This document shows positions 59,856 through 64,000 of a DNA stretch of 64,000 bases, piece by piece (within the stretch, counting starts at the first letter, position 1; each line of letters starts with the position of its first letter). Made by a program: the position numbers and the translations under genes. The notes beneath the pieces were generated by a model, which saw only the letters and a program-made list of their open reading frames with translations, was not told where the DNA came from and made no database searches. Source of the stretch: Nemertoderma westbladi (taxonomy: Eukaryota > Animalia > Xenacoelomorpha); the NCBI GenBank assembly GCA_032718475.1, contig JAUCBJ010007486.1, forward strand, positions 62,001 to 126,000, read 5' to 3'.

Positions 59856-62800
59856 CAGTGATAGGAAGTGAAGTATTGGCACCGCAAGGTTTTGGATCAA
59901 GTGCAAAAGCTTCGGAATGTTTCACAATTGTTGAAATAAAATTACAGTTAAGGAATTTGGAATTTGGAACAATTAAAGCATTAGTTATAGAAAAGATTTG
60001 TGATCCAATCTACAACATGGTTCCACATAACGTTATAAAACAAAGTAAAACGCTAAGCTCTCTGCAATTAGCAGACGCAACTGTAACCAATGCTGCATTG
60101 TTTAAAATCGAGCTTTTAATAGGTGTTGACGAGTATTGGAACATTGTTTCAGGTTCCATAATTCGGGGCGCCCAAAACGAGCCGGTGGCCATAGACAGCG
60201 CCGTGGGCTGGTTATTATCCGGCCCCGCATATATCCCTGACTACGAGGAAACTCTTGTAATCAAATCGAACCAACACCTTTCCCCATCAACCACCTTAAC
60301 GCTTGAATCGCGGTTGATTGCAAACCAATGTGTTGACATCGGTGACTCAGTTAAAGATCCTGAGTCACAAATTCTAACTATGTTAAAACTATTCTGGTCC
60401 CTAGAGTCAATCGGAATTACAACACTTGGCGAAGAACTCAAACCCATAATAACTGACATTAAATTCAAAGACGGAAAGTACGTAGTTCGTTTACCATGGA
60501 AGTTGGATCCATTCCAATTACCAGAACACTACCATAGATGCGCTACTCAACTGAAATCACTCATAACGAAATTGTCAAAAACTGGGTTGTTGATTAGCTA
60601 CAATGACGTCATTGAGGACCACTTCAGTAAAGGGTATGTTGAGCTAGTCGATATTACGCAGCCGACTACCAATCCAATTCACTATGTACCTCATCATGGG
60701 GTAATAAAAGAAACACGCCAGACAACAAAACTCAGAGTGGTATTCAACGCGTCAGCTATAGACACAAAGTACGGCATTAGTTTAAATTCATGTTTAAATT
60801 ACGGTCCTAATTTCTTACCATTATTGTTTCAAGTATTAGTACGTCTTAGAACCAACCGCATTGCAATAGTCGCTGACATTGAAGCAGCATTTATGCAATG
60901 CGTAATACATCCTGACGATAGAGATATGCTACGTTTTCTTTGGGTTAAAGACATAAATGACATCGATGTAAATAACCCAAAATTGCAAGCATATCGCTAT
61001 ACGCTGGCGATGTTTGGACTCTCGCCATCACCAGATATTTTATTTTCTATTGTCAGGAAACATTTACAAAGTAAATTAGATACTGCCAACGAAAACAAAC
61101 GTATTGTAATTGAAAAACTATTGCGGGATATGTATGTAGATGACTTTGCGTCTGGTGCAGACACTGTGTCGTCTGGTCTTCTCTTGTATGAGAATGCAAA
61201 GCAATTGATGTTAGAGGGTGGATTTAATTTAAGAAAATGGCTTACAAATTCTGTCGAGCTACAACAAATTATAGATCAATTTGAAAAACCCAAAATCGTA
61301 AGTTTAAAAACAAATTCTGTACCAATATTATCAGAGGAAGACCAGACGTACGCAAAGGAGTCATTGTGTTTATCAACACCACCTAGCGGTGAAACAAGGA
61401 TTTTGGGACAAGTGTGGGATATAAGTAAGGATTACTTTGGGTATAACCTTGACCACGTCATATCCTTTGTTAAGAATCTAAAACCAACGAAAAGGGCTAT
61501 ATTGCAACTAACGGCTCGGATCTACGATCCATTAGGGCTTATATCTCCCTTTTTAACGCCCTTAAGAATCGTATTTAGGGAATTAGCTAACAGTAAGGTA
61601 GACTGGGACGAACCACTACCTACTCATTTATTGAGCAAATGGGAATCATGGTTAAACAGTTTAGAAATTTTAAATAGCATTACAGTACCTCGATGTATTC
61701 TAGGTAATACAGACGATAACACTGTAGAAATACATGCTTTCTCAGACGCAAGCAAACAATTATACGCATGTGCCATCTACTCTAGAGTAGAACACTCGGA
61801 CGGAACTTACACTACAAACTTACTATGTAGTAAAGTTAAACTGGCACCTAAACAAAAACAATCAGTACCACGGTTAGAATTACTTGGCGCACTAATACTG
61901 GTAAGACTAGTACTGTTAGTGTATCAAGGTTTGGTACTACAAATAACACGTTCAGTATTTTGGACCGATGCATTAGACGTACTGTATTGGATACGACCAA
62001 CAAATAATACTCACAAACAATTTGTACACAATAGAGTACAGGAAATCCGTGACGTAACACAGAAATTAGGAGCAGAATGGAGGTGGTGTCCAGGGCCGTG
62101 TAATCCAGCGGACATTCCAACAAGGACAATGGCACCAGACAAATTATTAAATAACAAACTATGGTATGAGGGTCCAGACTTTATATCGGGGGAGGAATCT
62201 GGTTGGCCAGAGTCACCAGTGATTACTGAGGCTCAAGTATCCAAGTGTGCTCTGTTAGATATAAAGTCCACCCTCATAATGACAACGACAATTAAGACAA
62301 TCAATACAGACGATACAGGATTATCTCAGATAATTAATGTAAATAATTTCAGTACAAAAAGGGACGTACAACACAGAATAGCTTGGATTCTACGGTTTGT
62401 AGAAAATATTAAAGCAAAACGTTTACACAAAGACCCCGTGTTATTACCATACTTAACAGCCAAGGAACTACATTTAGCCGAAATTAAAATAATTCTAGAT
62501 TCACAACGTGTAAACTATTCTCGGGAATTGTCTTATCTTCGTGATAAATCAACTCAGTGTCCTAACGTTGTTAAACAATTAAATCTTGTGTTAGATGAAT
62601 TAGGTATGATCAGATGTCAGGGTAGAATAATCAATGATACTATCCCATTCCATACCAGAAATCCTATTCTTCTTGCACCAGGTGACCATTTTACAAAACT
62701 CGTCATATTAAACTCACACGAGCGCGTTTCACATTCCCGAGTGAGAGACACACTAGTAGAGGTTCGTGAGAGATTCTGGATACCATCGGTGAGACGGAAA

Positions 62801-63919
62801 ATTCAACAAATTTTGTCTTCGTGTGTCATTTGTAAAAGGTTTCAAGGAAAACCCTATACAATGCCAGCAATCAGCCCCTTGCCAGTTTCTAGAACGATTG
62901 AAACGCGCGGCCCCTTTGATCATTGCGGAGTCGATCTTTGTGGACCACTTCATACAGTTGCCAAACCAACCGAGACCGAGACTGAGACAATACAACCAAC
63001 AGAGAAGGCGTGGATTGTTATGTTTACGTGTGCTGTAATAAGAGCCGTTCATTTGGAAGTAGTAACGTCTTTATCAGCGGTCGCTTTCATTAACGCATTT
63101 CACAGATTCATAGCCAGAAGAGGAATACCGAGTATTATGTTTAGCGATAATGCTACAAACTTTAAGCGCAGTGCCAAGGAGCTAAGAGCGTACCGAATAT
63201 TCTTGACAGATCCTGAGGTAGTCAGGATTTTTGGAGATCATAATATTACCTGGGAAAACAATATTGCAAACAATCCAGCAGCGTATGGATTTATAGAACG
63301 TTTAATTGGCACTTGCAAATCCGGAATTCGTAAGTTAATAGGACGAGCTGTCTTATCACTTGACGAGTTACATACTGTTGCGCTTTCGGTAGAAGCATCA
63401 GTAAATAGCAGACCAATCACATATGTTTACAGTAAGTTAGATGACGATGTACAGCCTCTCACCCCGAGTCACTTTCTTGTAGGAAAACGGCTCTGTGCAA
63501 TACCAGATTTATCAGATAAAGGGATTCTACCAAACCCTGAATCTAAATCTAAATCGGCAAGAAGAATGATACTTGATAGGGTTAAATATCAAGAGGCAGC
63601 GAAAAATTCAGTGTGGAAGTTGTGGCGTACAGATTATTTGAGAGAGTTACGTTCTTCTCACATTAGTAACAACGTAGCACCCAAATCAGACATCATCCCG
63701 AAGGTAGGCGCTATGTGTCTATTACATAACGAGTCTATTCCCCGTTGCATGTGGAAGTTGTGTAGGATAGATGAATTAATTGTTTCAAGGGACGGCCGTG
63801 TGCGGTCTGCGAGAATTTCAATAGCGCCCAGAAAGAAGGAAGCGAGATCACTCGTTAAATCCATACTACAATTATATCCATTAGAGGTATCTACTACAAA
63901 TACACCACAAATAGATTAA
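59810..63919 (+). CDS. BEL/Pao Pol (partial protease, RT, RNase H, integrase); out of frame with gag
   Basis: LLIGVD, YVPHHGV, KLRVVFNAS, YVDD, YDPLG, FSDAS, PRLELLGA, NPAD, HHCC finger, GVDLCGP/SDNATNF/ERLIG (DDE), LYPLE. Confidence 0.9.
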   Translation, partial: VVIFILREVLERHSLTVIGSEVLAPQGFGSSAKASECFTIVEIKLQLRNLEFGTIKALVIEKICDPIYNMVPHNVIKQSKTLSSLQLADATVTNAALFKIELLIGVDEYWNIVSGSIIRGAQNEPVAIDSAVGWLLSGPAYIPDYEETLVIKSNQHLSPSTTLTLESRLIANQCVDIGDSVKDPESQILTMLKLFWSLESIGITTLGEELKPIITDIKFKDGKYVVRLPWKLDPFQLPEHYHRCATQLKSLITKLSKTGLLISYNDVIEDHFSKGYVELVDITQPTTNPIHYVPHHGVIKETRQTTKLRVVFNASAIDTKYGISLNSCLNYGPNFLPLLFQVLVRLRTNRIAIVADIEAAFMQCVIHPDDRDMLRFLWVKDINDIDVNNPKLQAYRYTLAMFGLSPSPDILFSIVRKHLQSKLDTANENKRIVIEKLLRDMYVDDFASGADTVSSGLLLYENAKQLMLEGGFNLRKWLTNSVELQQIIDQFEKPKIVSLKTNSVPILSEEDQTYAKESLCLSTPPSGETRILGQVWDISKDYFGYNLDHVISFVKNLKPTKRAILQLTARIYDPLGLISPFLTPLRIVFRELANSKVDWDEPLPTHLLSKWESWLNSLEILNSITVPRCILGNTDDNTVEIHAFSDASKQLYACAIYSRVEHSDGTYTTNLLCSKVKLAPKQKQSVPRLELLGALILVRLVLLVYQGLVLQITRSVFWTDALDVLYWIRPTNNTHKQFVHNRVQEIRDVTQKLGAEWRWCPGPCNPADIPTRTMAPDKLLNNKLWYEGPDFISGEESGWPESPVITEAQVSKCALLDIKSTLIMTTTIKTINTDDTGLSQIINVNNFSTKRDVQHRIAWILRFVENIKAKRLHKDPVLLPYLTAKELHLAEIKIILDSQRVNYSRELSYLRDKSTQCPNVVKQLNLVLDELGMIRCQGRIINDTIPFHTRNPILLAPGDHFTKLVILNSHERVSHSRVRDTLVEVRERFWIPSVRRKIQQILSSCVICKRFQGKPYTMPAISPLPVSRTIETRGPFDHCGVDLCGPLHTVAKPTETETETIQPTEKAWIVMFTCAVIRAVHLEVVTSLSAVAFINAFHRFIARRGIPSIMFSDNATNFKRSAKELRAYRIFLTDPEVVRIFGDHNITWENNIANNPAAYGFIERLIGTCKSGIRKLIGRAVLSLDELHTVALSVEASVNSRPITYVYSKLDDDVQPLTPSHFLVGKRLCAIPDLSDKGILPNPESKSKSARRMILDRVKYQEAAKNSVWKLWRTDYLRELRSSHISNNVAPKSDIIPKVGAMCLLHNESIPRCMWKLCRIDELIVSRDGRVRSARISIAPRKKEARSLVKSILQLYPLEVSTTNTPQID

Positions 63920-64000
63920 AATAGTCATAAAGAAATACAATACGAACATTCTTCATACTTTATCATAATTGAAAATTATAATGTGCAATTAATTACACTA

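Larger units (their letters stand above)
57551..64000 (+). mobile_element. BEL/Pao LTR retrotransposon, family 2 (3' LTR beyond the window)
   Basis: LTR TGTCAT...ATGACA, PBS, gag and pol in order. Confidence 0.92.

Overview
Repeat-dominated, AT-rich eukaryotic (most likely invertebrate metazoan) DNA; no prokaryotic features. Order: a decayed Gypsy-type pol fragment (57-2216); two same-family TA-flanked Tc1/mariner-like non-autonomous elements, one nested inside the other (2421-5454); a foldback/MULE-like element with minisatellite arms and a 10-bp TSD (6273-7991); a ~13.9-kb 63-bp satellite (8227-22147) lying between a signal-peptide-like exon and a SEA-like/Thr-rich/GPI-type exon; a 22-bp satellite and an AT-rich degenerate repeat; an intronless ARMH1 gene with RFX X-box motifs upstream; and a retroelement stack made of two copies of one BEL/Pao family with a ~3.2-kb leader, a tRNA-derived SINE, a CRE-type non-LTR element and a third, unrelated BEL/Pao element nested in the second copy. 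The best candidates for undescribed biology are in the BEL/Pao family: covarying, apparently pseudoknotted RNA domains in its leader, and a dense cluster of perfect AG|GTAAGT splice-donor/U1 sites at its gag-protease boundary. All alignments and pairings were done by eye; none has been checked computationally.
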